DNA of 64,000 bases from assembly GCA_965206645.1 (NCBI GenBank), contig CBDBKE010000001.1, positions 312,930 through 376,929 on the forward strand. The letters run 5' to 3'. This DNA is from Terriglobia bacterium (GTDB lineage: Bacteria > Acidobacteriota > Terriglobia > JAJPHL01 > JAPKYU01). The first letter of the stretch is position 1. Every line of letters begins with the position of its first letter. Shown here piece by piece: positions 9,812 to 18,273 of the stretch. A program made the position numbers and the translations under genes. Under the pieces are notes generated by a model. The model made no database searches, was not told the DNA's origin, and saw only the letters and a program-made list of their open reading frames with translations.

Positions 9812-10645
9812 CTACAACAAATCCACCGCCACCTTGTTCGGAAGGACACCGATCTGGTGGCCAAGAGCCAGCAGGCGCTCAATCGCCTGCTCCCCACGGT
9901 CGCCGCACTCCAGCGTGTATTCGTTCACGTACATCCCCACGAACTTGTCGACCAGGGATTCATCCATGTCCCGAGCAAACTGCATGGCGTAGGAAAGGGC
10001 TTCTTCTCTGTGATCCAGGGCGTACTGGATGCTGCTACGCACTAGCGAGGCCGCTTCTTTTTGCACGTCCAGGGGCAGATGGCGGGCCACTGCCAGGCCG
10101 CCCAGTGGAAGGGGCAAACCTTGCTGCTGTTGCCACCAAAGTCCTAGGTCTGCGATTCGATGCAAGCCCTCGCGGTCGTAAGTGAGCTGGCCTTCATGAA
10201 TCAGCAGGCCGGCCTCGGCGCGCCCCTCCTGCAGGGCTTCGGAGACGCGGTCGAACGGCACTACTACCGGCTCCACTTCCGGCTGGAACAACTTCAACAC
10301 CAGCCAGGCTGTGGTCAGCAGCCCAGGCACTGCAACCTTCTTGCCTTTCAGTTCCTCGGCCGAAAACAGGCGCGTTGAAACCACCACAGGGCCGTAGCCG
10401 TCTCCCATGCTGCTTCCGGTGGATAGCAGGCGGTAGCGCTCGGCCACATGAGGATAGGCGTGAAAGGAGATGGCTGTCAGGTCGAACTTCGCTTCCATGG
10501 CTTGCCGGTTCAAAGTTTCGATATCCAACAGGACGTGCCGGAAACTCAGCGTCGGCGGGCGCAATTTCCGCGTCGCAAGCGCGTAGAACATGAAGGCATC
10601 GTCGGAATCAGGACTATGCGCCAGGACCAGTTCGCGTTGTTCCAT
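9812..10645 (-). CDS. mqnD: 1,4-dihydroxy-6-naphthoate synthase (futalosine menaquinone pathway)
   Basis: LAHSPDSDDAFMFYAL, DIETLN, GDGYGP, LLIHEGQLTY, LPLPLG and MYVNEYT motifs. Confidence 0.9.
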   Translation of the reverse strand: MEQRELVLAHSPDSDDAFMFYALATRKLRPPTLSFRHVLLDIETLNRQAMEAKFDLTAISFHAYPHVAERYRLLSTGSSMGDGYGPVVVSTRLFSAEELKGKKVAVPGLLTTAWLVLKLFQPEVEPVVVPFDRVSEALQEGRAEAGLLIHEGQLTYDREGLHRIADLGLWWQQQQGLPLPLGGLAVARHLPLDVQKEAASLVRSSIQYALDHREEALSYAMQFARDMDESLVDKFVGMYVNEYTLECGDRGEQAIERLLALGHQIGVLPNKVAVDLL

Positions 10646-10715
10646 AGGATGACTTGGACTAGCGGGGGGATGCTAGAGTAGCACAACGGCTCACGGCGGC
10701 CAATTCGCTTTTGGC

Positions 10716-10744
10716 TTGTCAACCCGCAGCGGACTCCGTAAACT
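10716..10744 (+). promoter_or_regulatory. Sigma70-type promoter
   Basis: TTGTCA (10716-10721), 17-nt spacer, TAAACT (10739-10744). Confidence 0.65.
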
Positions 10745-10749
10745 GAATT

Positions 10750-10946
10750 GTTGAGACCTCGCCACGGCCAGCTGCGGCATTCCCGAAGGAGTGCATCCTC
10801 AGATTTGATTCATGGGTCCTAGCCCGGAATCGTTGGAACGGCAACAACCAAGGGTTGGATTGCCAAACCGAATCCAGAAGAGAGGGCTCCCCTCTAACTG
10901 AGTGGCGCCAAAGCGTGGGCGGCAACCGCCGAGTGCGCCTTGGTGC
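10750..10946 (+). ncRNA. Candidate structured RNA (6S-like sRNA or cis-regulatory leader), family unassigned
   Basis: Dense set of complementary segments directly downstream of the promoter; see finding. Confidence 0.45.
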
Positions 10947-10976
10947 GATCAGGACCGCTCTTCGGAAAAAGGCCTT

Positions 10977-11351
10977 ATGGGTGATGAGAATAACAAGGTG
11001 GTCGTCGCGGCCGACGAACTGTTCTTTACGGTCAAAATCGCGGAAGCCGCTCGCCGGGCTGGCGTGCCGGTCCAGTTTGTGAAGGACGAGCGCGCTTTGT
11101 TGGAGTCTGCTCAGCACAAGCCGGCGCTGATCATCCTGGACCTGAATTGCGCCGGCGTGAAGCCCCTGCAGTCCATCAGCAAGTTGAAGGCGGATCCTGA
11201 GCTGAAAACGATTTCTCTGGTGGGCTACGTCTCGCACGTACAGGGGGAGTTGAAGCAGAAGGCACACGCGCTCGGCTGCGACATGGTGCTGGCCCGCTCG
11301 GTCTTCTCCCAGAATCTGGCGAGCCTGCTGAAGCGCCACGCCAGCCGCTGA
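10977..11351 (+). CDS. Stand-alone response regulator receiver (CheY-like)
   Basis: VVVAADELFF...PALIILDLN...LVGYVSHVQ...ALGCDMVLARS. Confidence 0.8.
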   Translation: MGDENNKVVVAADELFFTVKIAEAARRAGVPVQFVKDERALLESAQHKPALIILDLNCAGVKPLQSISKLKADPELKTISLVGYVSHVQGELKQKAHALGCDMVLARSVFSQNLASLLKRHASR

Positions 11352-11455
11352 ATACGCCGAACGACCTCATTTCGCGGTTCCAGGCTGCCGCTCAGACAGG
11401 CCGGCCGTAGATGCCCCACTGAGATATTTTACCGCGGCGGTGGCGCAGCGACCGA

Positions 11456-12454
11456 CTACTTGCTCTTTTGCTTCACTATCTTCATGGCCATCTTGCGTAT
11501 AACTTCGGCGACATTCTTGTTCTGGGCCACGGTCCGCTGGTCCTGCGGCAGCAGGCGGGCAATCAGCGACATCGCCACGTCAATGGGCGTCTTCGGGTTG
11601 TTGGCCAGGTTCCGCAGAACGCTGTAGTTCCTCATGAACTTCCGGCTCATGGAGATCAGCCGCAGCACTTCGTCGCTGACGTTTTTCAGGGCCGCGAAGG
11701 TGTCGACTTCTGCTTCCGTGACCTTCGGCGAGCCGAGCACGGCCCGCGACACCACCTTGCTGGAGTCGCGGATCAGCATGCCGCGTTCCTCCTTGTTGCC
11801 TTTCAGCGCCAGTTGCACCTTCTGCGAGACAGTCATCCGAGAGATCTTGGCGGAGATTGATTCCTTCTTGCGTTGCTCATTCCCTTGGGCTTCAGCCTCG
11901 ACGATTTCCTCGTCCAGCTTGACGATTTCCTCGTCCGACAGGGCTGCGGTCTGCTGCCGTTCGTCTTCCAGTTGCGCCTCGGCAATCATCAGCTCCAGGA
12001 AACTGAGCTCGAAGAGGAATCCTTCCTCGCGGGCAGCGAGCCGGCTTTGGTTCATTTGTAGGTAGCTGGAGTTGCTTTTCAGGGCCGTCAGAGCCGGGGT
12101 GCGGAGCCTGTCGATATTCTCAAGCATGATCTTGATCGAATCCACGTCGGCGATGGCGGCCAGCTCGGCCAGTGCCTGCTGGGGAGAGTGACGGTTGGCC
12201 AGCAGATCCTCCAGCAACTCGGGCCGAAAATTTTCGGGGATCAGAAAATACTCCAGCGCCTGGGGCGAAGTGGAGGCCCTGCGTAGAAGGGGCTGCAGAG
12301 TTTCGGGAGACCAGCTCGACAGGGTGCGGCGTGCTTCGGCTCGCACCTGGTCATCCGGATCGTCGGTCAATGCCACCACCAGTTCCAGCGCGGCCTCCGG
12401 GGCGATATTGGTCTGGCCGCGAGCGGCGGCCAACTTGTCTGTGATTGGCGTCAC
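11456..12454 (-). CDS. Conserved hypothetical helical-repeat protein
   Basis: 332-aa ORF; C-terminal MTVSQKVQLALKGNKEERGMLIRD...LANNPKTP; translationally coupled to rodZ. Confidence 0.75.
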   Translation of the reverse strand: MTPITDKLAAARGQTNIAPEAALELVVALTDDPDDQVRAEARRTLSSWSPETLQPLLRRASTSPQALEYFLIPENFRPELLEDLLANRHSPQQALAELAAIADVDSIKIMLENIDRLRTPALTALKSNSSYLQMNQSRLAAREEGFLFELSFLELMIAEAQLEDERQQTAALSDEEIVKLDEEIVEAEAQGNEQRKKESISAKISRMTVSQKVQLALKGNKEERGMLIRDSSKVVSRAVLGSPKVTEAEVDTFAALKNVSDEVLRLISMSRKFMRNYSVLRNLANNPKTPIDVAMSLIARLLPQDQRTVAQNKNVAEVIRKMAMKIVKQKSK

Positions 12455-13233
12455 TGGGTCTTTAGGTCGCGGGCGGAAAACGCGATGCTCTTCGCCTCTC
12501 CCTTGCGGCCCAGCGGCGGCTGAGTTTCGCCGTTGAGCGTCAGCACCACGTCGCCCGCGTTACCCACGCGGAGTTTGATCGAGGAATTGGCAGCCATCGT
12601 GCGCGTTTCCCCGGCCGGCAGCATCGCTTCCCAGACCTTGCGACCGTCAGCGTAGGCAACCGCCCAGGAAGCGCCCAAGGTATCGATTTGGAGCCGAAGG
12701 CGAGCGCGCGAAGCCCCATCTGTTTCCGACTTCGCTACCGCTTCCACCGCAGGCATGGCCGACGCTTGCGGAACGGGCGCCGGCGTCGGCGGCACTGACG
12801 TCCAGTTGGCGCGCACCCGGGTCGGCACCCAGCGTTCCCAAACCGCGTACCCGCCGAGGAGAAGTAGCGACGCGCTCAACAGAGCAGTCGCCACTGCGCG
12901 CTTCAGGTTGGGTGCGGCTCGGCCGACCGAGGTGCCCGGCGGCGCGGTAGCGGCTCTCTGGTCCCGTTGCGCTGCTAACTGTCGCAAGTCCACGGGCTTA
13001 GGAGGCCCCAGCAGCAGGTCGAGCTCGCCGCCTACCTGTGCTTCGTCCAGGCCCAAGTAATGCGCGTAGTGCAACACAAAGCTGCGACTGAAGGCTCCGC
13101 CCGGGAGCATGTCGAACCGGTCGTTCTCGATAGCTTCCAAGAAGCGGGTGCTGATCTTGGTGTGAAGTGACATCTCCTCCAGCGAGATGCTGCGCATTTC
13201 GCGCTCACGCCGGAGATTTCGGCCGAAGCCCAT
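12451..13233 (-). CDS. rodZ: RodZ-like protein (HTH_25, TM helix, DUF4115)
   Basis: LRREREMRSISLEE...FLEAIENDRFDMLPG; one TM helix; LRVGNAGDVVLTLNG. Confidence 0.85.
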   Translation of the reverse strand: MGFGRNLRREREMRSISLEEMSLHTKISTRFLEAIENDRFDMLPGGAFSRSFVLHYAHYLGLDEAQVGGELDLLLGPPKPVDLRQLAAQRDQRAATAPPGTSVGRAAPNLKRAVATALLSASLLLLGGYAVWERWVPTRVRANWTSVPPTPAPVPQASAMPAVEAVAKSETDGASRARLRLQIDTLGASWAVAYADGRKVWEAMLPAGETRTMAANSSIKLRVGNAGDVVLTLNGETQPPLGRKGEAKSIAFSARDLKTQ

Positions 13234-13508
13234 GGGTCGCGCACTCTGTCGCGTTCAACGAACTCCTTACCCTATGATAGGGATAGGTACAAAACTGTGT
13301 CAATATGATTTCCCCAGCCGGAGCCGATCCGGAGGCCGGCCAGCCCGCCGGTTTGGCGCCGCCCCCGAAGGAAAGACCGTGCTATAATTCGCCCGGCTTT
13401 CAGAGAAGTGAACTCACTTGCCTGAGCTCAGGGGTTACCGTGCGCGCCAGACCGGCCGCCGGCCCGCTGAGCGATCCCTCCCGGGCAAGAGTTCGAAGAC
13501 GCCTGCGA

Positions 13509-14585
13509 ATGGAACCGTCGGCACGCATTGCCGAACTGGAACGGAAGATCCGAGAACTGACGGTCTTCCACGACATCGGCAAGACGCTCACCTCCACCCT
13601 GGACCTCAGCCGTGTGCTGGAAACCATCATGGAACAGATCAGCAATCTGTTCCGTCCCGATACTTGGTCGCTCCTGTTGCTGGACCCTGAGTCCAAGGAA
13701 CTGCACTTTGAGATTGCTGTCGGGCAAGCCGCGGAGAAGCTCAAGAAGTTGCGCCTGAAGCTCGGCGAGGGAATAGCCGGCTGGGTGGCGCTGCATGGGC
13801 AACCCCTCTTCGTGCCTGAGGCCGACAGTGACCAGCGCTTCACATCCCGTATCGACCAGATCACCAGCGTTCACACCAGGACCATTGCTGCCGTTCCCAT
13901 CAAGGGTCGAGAAGGAGTGTTGGGGGTGATCGAAATCGTCAACACGCCGGAAGCGATGAAATTCGGCCAGGAAGAGATGTTCATGCTCGAGGCCCTGGCC
14001 GATTACACTGCCATCGCCATCGAGAACGCCCGGCATGTGCAGCGGATTCACGAGTTAACGATCACAGACGATTGCACCAGCCTGTTCAACTCCCGCCATC
14101 TGCACAACATGCTGCAATCGGAAATCTACCGCTCCAACCGCTACGGCTACGAGTTCTCGGTGCTCTTTCTGGATCTGGACCGTTTCAAGCAAGTGAACGA
14201 CACTCACGGACACTTGGTGGGTAGCAAGCTGCTGGCCCAAGTCGGCAATCTGATTAAGGACCACCTGCGCATGATTGATTTCGCCTTCCGGTACGGCGGC
14301 GACGAATTCGTGATACTGCTGCCGCAAACGGGCAAGCACGCTGCCACGAACGTGGCCCGCCGCCTTCAGCGCCTGCTCAACGACGCATGCTTCCTGCGCG
14401 AAGAAGGCTTGAACCTGAAGGTCACCGCCAGCTTCGGTCTGGCCTGCTTCCCCAGCGATGCCCGCACCAAGAACGAGCTGGTCCAGCTGGCCGACGAAGC
14501 GATGTACCTGGTCAAGAACACCGCGCGTGACAACATCGCTGTCGCCAACGTTGGGCTATTGGACACTCTCAGCAGCCATAGCTAA
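13509..14585 (+). CDS. GAF-GGDEF diguanylate cyclase
   Basis: GAF segment GEGIAGWVA; DLDRFKQVNDTHGH; RYGGDEF; RxxD I-site (RMID). Confidence 0.92.
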   Translation: MEPSARIAELERKIRELTVFHDIGKTLTSTLDLSRVLETIMEQISNLFRPDTWSLLLLDPESKELHFEIAVGQAAEKLKKLRLKLGEGIAGWVALHGQPLFVPEADSDQRFTSRIDQITSVHTRTIAAVPIKGREGVLGVIEIVNTPEAMKFGQEEMFMLEALADYTAIAIENARHVQRIHELTITDDCTSLFNSRHLHNMLQSEIYRSNRYGYEFSVLFLDLDRFKQVNDTHGHLVGSKLLAQVGNLIKDHLRMIDFAFRYGGDEFVILLPQTGKHAATNVARRLQRLLNDACFLREEGLNLKVTASFGLACFPSDARTKNELVQLADEAMYLVKNTARDNIAVANVGLLDTLSSHS

Positions 14586-14794
14586 ACCCCATGCCTAAAC
14601 CATTGACGATTGACAATTGCGCTTGCATCAACGCCAAGACGGCGACCAAAGAAACCAAGGTGCTCGAGTCTCTGGTCTCATGCGAACTGTGAGAGTTGAC
14701 GTTTGATTCCGATTGGGCGGCTCGATGACGAGAGGAGAGCCACGCCGAGCCTATTTCGGCAGTGAATAGCCAGAAGCGGCAAACTAAAAAGCGA

Positions 14795-15208
14795 TCAGGA
14801 TTCACCTTCTGGTCCCATTTCGATGGTAATGACGACCCGATGTGGCAAGTCAATGAAGATGTGGGCATCACCAGCCCTCCCGCTCTTCACTAGACGGTAT
14901 TCGTATGTCAAAACAACACTGCGGGCTTCCTCCGATTCACTTACGAAGAACGTCCAGCCAAGCGAATTCTCCGCGCTGGCCTGCCCCAGCAGTGCATGCC
15001 CAGAGTCAATAAACGCGGAGCTAACTGTTCCGTCGTCGTTCAAGGAACTCCGAATGACGGCTGTTCCTGGAATTTGTGCTTTTGCAGCTAGAAATGGCAG
15101 TCGGCCAAGCTTGGCGTGCTTGGGCCACAAATCAGGCAGTTTTTCCTGACCATTCACGCAAGAACACGCCAGAAGTATGAGACCGAACGCATTGACCCAC
15201 TTCGGCAC
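14795..15208 (-). CDS. Small exported TonB C-terminal domain protein
   Basis: Signal-like N-terminus; LAAKAQIPGTAVIRSSLNDDGTV...GHALLGQASAENSLGWTF. Confidence 0.65.
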   Translation of the reverse strand: MPKWVNAFGLILLACSCVNGQEKLPDLWPKHAKLGRLPFLAAKAQIPGTAVIRSSLNDDGTVSSAFIDSGHALLGQASAENSLGWTFFVSESEEARSVVLTYEYRLVKSGRAGDAHIFIDLPHRVVITIEMGPEGES

Positions 15209-15225
15209 GGTTGCCTCCTGCTTTT

Positions 15226-15645
15226 CTAGAGCGTCGGCGCTTTCCCCTGTACGTGCACGATGTATGGGAAATCGACAGCCATTGTGTTGGGAGATCCTGT
15301 AACGTTACTTAGATCGCTCAACTTGTATTCATAAGTGAGATCAACATGAGCAGGTGCTGTTGCCCTGGAACTCTTGATGAAGAACGTCCAGCGTGAAGCA
15401 TTCTTAGCGCTATGAGCCCCGATCAATGGATGTCCTTCGAGAACCTTCACTTCGCTAACAGTGCCATCGGTTCTGACAGAACACCGCACGACTACCTTAC
15501 CGTAAATACGCGCCTGTCTTGCAAGGTGAAGATAGGAAATAAACTCCACATGCTTGGGCCACAGATGGGGTGGGTCCGCTGCCCTTGCCCAAGTACAAAA
15601 GAGCACTGGGAGAGCAACCAGTAGGATTATATTTCCAAGTCTCAT
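15226..15645 (-). CDS. Small exported TonB C-terminal domain protein (paralog)
   Basis: Signal peptide ending ARA; LARQARIYGKVVVRCSVRTDGTV...GHPLIGAHSAKNASRWTF. Confidence 0.7.
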   Translation of the reverse strand: MRLGNIILLVALPVLFCTWARAADPPHLWPKHVEFISYLHLARQARIYGKVVVRCSVRTDGTVSEVKVLEGHPLIGAHSAKNASRWTFFIKSSRATAPAHVDLTYEYKLSDLSNVTGSPNTMAVDFPYIVHVQGKAPTL

Positions 15646-15795
15646 TTTTTCACCAGAATAAGAGATAACGGTCTCCTCAGAAGCACCTCTATTTGATTCA
15701 TTATGTCATCTCCATGGATCGGTCAATCAATCAATCTTCAATGGTTCAATCTCCAGCTCCGCGTTCCAGCAGCACTCCGATGCTATACTTTGCGA

Positions 15796-16911
15796 ATGCC
15801 GCTAGCCGGGCCGGCCACCGCGGAAGGAACTGCGGCTTACCGCGAACGGTTTCCTGCCGCCGCCCGGGCCGGCCATTTTCGTCAGATGCAAGGTCTGTGG
15901 ATGTCCTCGGTGGGTATCGGCACCTATCTGGGGGAGCCCGACGAGGCGACCGACCAGGCCTACACTTCCGCGGTCACCCGCGCTCTGGAGCTGGGCGCGA
16001 ACGTCATTGACACCGCCATCAACTACCGCTTTCAACGCAGCGAGCGCTCGATCGGGGCGGCGCTGGCCGCGCTCACAGCCCAGGGACGCATTCGGCGCGA
16101 GGAAGTGGTGGTCTGCACCAAGGCTGGCTTCCTGACGCCCGACGGCGAGATGCCCGGCAACCCGGGACACTATTTCCAGGAAAATTACCTGCAACCGGGC
16201 ATCTGCACCGCCCAGGACATTGCGGGGGGCGTGCACTGCATGACGCCACGGTACCTGGACGACCAGTTGGACCGCAGCCTGCGCAACCTGGGCCTGGAAT
16301 GTATTGACGTCTTCTACCTGCACAACCCGGAGACGCAGCTGTCGGCGGTCCCTCGCCAGGAATTTCTCCGGCGCCTCCGTCTGGCTTTTGAACTTCTCGA
16401 GCACAAGGTGGAGGAGGGGAAGATTCAGTGGTACGGCACCGCCACCTGGAGCGGCTATCGCCAACCGCCCGGCTCGCGCGACTACCTTTCGCTTGAGGAG
16501 GCGGCCCTGGCGGCGCGCGAGGTCGCCGGCGAGCAGCACCACCTCCGTTTCCTCCAGTTGCCCTTTAATCTGGCGATGCCGGAGGCGTTTGCGGTCCACA
16601 ACCAGACGCTCGGGGGCCGCGCCTCAAACCTGCTCGACGCGGCCCGCGAGCTAGGGATCACGGTGGTGGCCAGCGCCAGCCTGCGGCAGGCCAGCCTGGT
16701 CGCCGGGCTGCCGGCGATCGTCGGCCAGGTTTTGGATGGGCTTGAGAGCGACGCGCAGCGAGCCCTGCAGTTTGTTCGCTCCGCCCCGGGCATCGGGGTG
16801 GCGCTGGTGGGCATGAAAAACGTGGTGCACGTGGAAGAGAACCTGCGCATGGCCGGGGTCCCGCCGGCCCCGCCGACGCAATTCCTCAATCTGTTCCAGG
16901 TTCAGAATTGA
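15796..16911 (+). CDS. Aldo/keto reductase
   Basis: SSVGIGTYLG, NVIDTAINY, CTKAG and FYLHNPE motifs; TGnTATACT extended -10 lies 6 nt before the ATG. Confidence 0.9.
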   Translation: MPLAGPATAEGTAAYRERFPAAARAGHFRQMQGLWMSSVGIGTYLGEPDEATDQAYTSAVTRALELGANVIDTAINYRFQRSERSIGAALAALTAQGRIRREEVVVCTKAGFLTPDGEMPGNPGHYFQENYLQPGICTAQDIAGGVHCMTPRYLDDQLDRSLRNLGLECIDVFYLHNPETQLSAVPRQEFLRRLRLAFELLEHKVEEGKIQWYGTATWSGYRQPPGSRDYLSLEEAALAAREVAGEQHHLRFLQLPFNLAMPEAFAVHNQTLGGRASNLLDAARELGITVVASASLRQASLVAGLPAIVGQVLDGLESDAQRALQFVRSAPGIGVALVGMKNVVHVEENLRMAGVPPAPPTQFLNLFQVQN

Positions 16912-16928
16912 CTCATTGACGATTCGGA

Positions 16929-18185
16929 ATGCAGGAACCAACGAAACAATCGTCAATACAGCCACCCCCAACCGGCCAACAATCGTCAATGGATCAAATG
17001 TTGATGGATCAATCTGGGGCCTCACTGCTTCCCGTTTTGCTGCCCTTTGAGGCTTCCCGTTTTGATTTCACTGCCATTCCTGCGAGTCCGGGGGTTTTCC
17101 TCCTGGAAACCGAGGGCGAGCCCTTCTTAGGAAAGAGCGCGTCGTTGCGCCGCCGGCTGCAACGCCTGCTGGAGTCCCCCGAACCGATGCCCACCGGAAC
17201 CAGGGAGGCCGCCCGCGGCGCCCGGCGCTTGAACTTGCGCGGTGCCACCACCGCCATCCGTTACCGCGCGACCGGCTCCGTGTTTGAAACCTCCGTGTTG
17301 CTCTATCGGGCGGCGCGGGCCGCTTTTCCCGAACGCTACCGCGAGCTGCTCCGGCTGCGTCCGCCGCCGCTGCTGAAGGTGAACCTGGCGAATCCCTACC
17401 CGCGCTGCTACGTCACGCGCCGCCTGGGACCTGGTCCGGCCCTCTACTACGGGCCGTTTCCGACGCGGGCGGCGGCCGAGAAGTTCGCCCCGCAAATCCT
17501 GGACCTGTTCCTGGTGCGCCGGTGCGTGGAGGCGATCCATCCGGACCCGTCTCATCCCGGCTGCATCTACGGCGAGATGAGCATGTGCCTGCGCCCGTGC
17601 CAGGACGCCTGCACCCAGGAGCACTATCGGGAGGAGGTGGCGCGCCTTACGACTTTCTTCTCCAGTAGCGGCACGTCACTGGTAAAGATCATCGAGGCCG
17701 AACGCGACGGCGCCTCCGAGCAACTGGACTTTGAGGAGGCTGCGCGCCTGCAACGGCGACTAGAGAAGGTCGAGCAGGCGATGAAGCACAGGCCCGAGCT
17801 TGCCATGGACCTGGAGCACCTGAACGGACTGGTGATACAACCGTCGGCCCAATCGCCCGCAGTGGAATTGTTCCCTCTCTGGAGGGGCTTCCTGCAGCCT
17901 CAGGTAACCTTTACCTTGGAGGTGGTGGATGGCAGGCCGGTGTCGCTGGACGCCCGGCTGCGCGAGCTGCTTCTGGACCTGGAGTTCGGTGAAGGCTCGG
18001 CGCGGTCTCGTGCCGAGCATCTGGCGCTACTGACGCGCTGGTACTACCGTGGCACGCGGGTGGGAGAGTTCGTTCCCTTCGACAACTGCCGGCAGCTTCC
18101 TTTCCGTAAGATTGTCGGGGCCGTCAGCCGCGTGGCCCGCCGCGCTTCCCCACCCCCAGGTTCATCGGAAACGCTTCCCGCCTGA
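16929..18185 (+). CDS. UvrC-like protein (GIY-YIG-like, Cys cluster, UVR domain; no C-terminal RNaseH/HhH); true start may be 16989 or 17004
   Basis: IPASPGVF, YYGPFP, RRC...GCIYGEMSMCLRPC and ASEQLDFEEAARL motifs. Confidence 0.8.
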   Translation: MQEPTKQSSIQPPPTGQQSSMDQMLMDQSGASLLPVLLPFEASRFDFTAIPASPGVFLLETEGEPFLGKSASLRRRLQRLLESPEPMPTGTREAARGARRLNLRGATTAIRYRATGSVFETSVLLYRAARAAFPERYRELLRLRPPPLLKVNLANPYPRCYVTRRLGPGPALYYGPFPTRAAAEKFAPQILDLFLVRRCVEAIHPDPSHPGCIYGEMSMCLRPCQDACTQEHYREEVARLTTFFSSSGTSLVKIIEAERDGASEQLDFEEAARLQRRLEKVEQAMKHRPELAMDLEHLNGLVIQPSAQSPAVELFPLWRGFLQPQVTFTLEVVDGRPVSLDARLRELLLDLEFGEGSARSRAEHLALLTRWYYRGTRVGEFVPFDNCRQLPFRKIVGAVSRVARRASPPPGSSETLPA

Positions 18186-18273
18186 GCTTGGCGTTTTGGA
18201 CAGGCCCCACCGCCCACTACTCCGGCGCGCCAGGCTTGCGGAAAAGGCGTGACTGATATATGGAACCAGAGAA

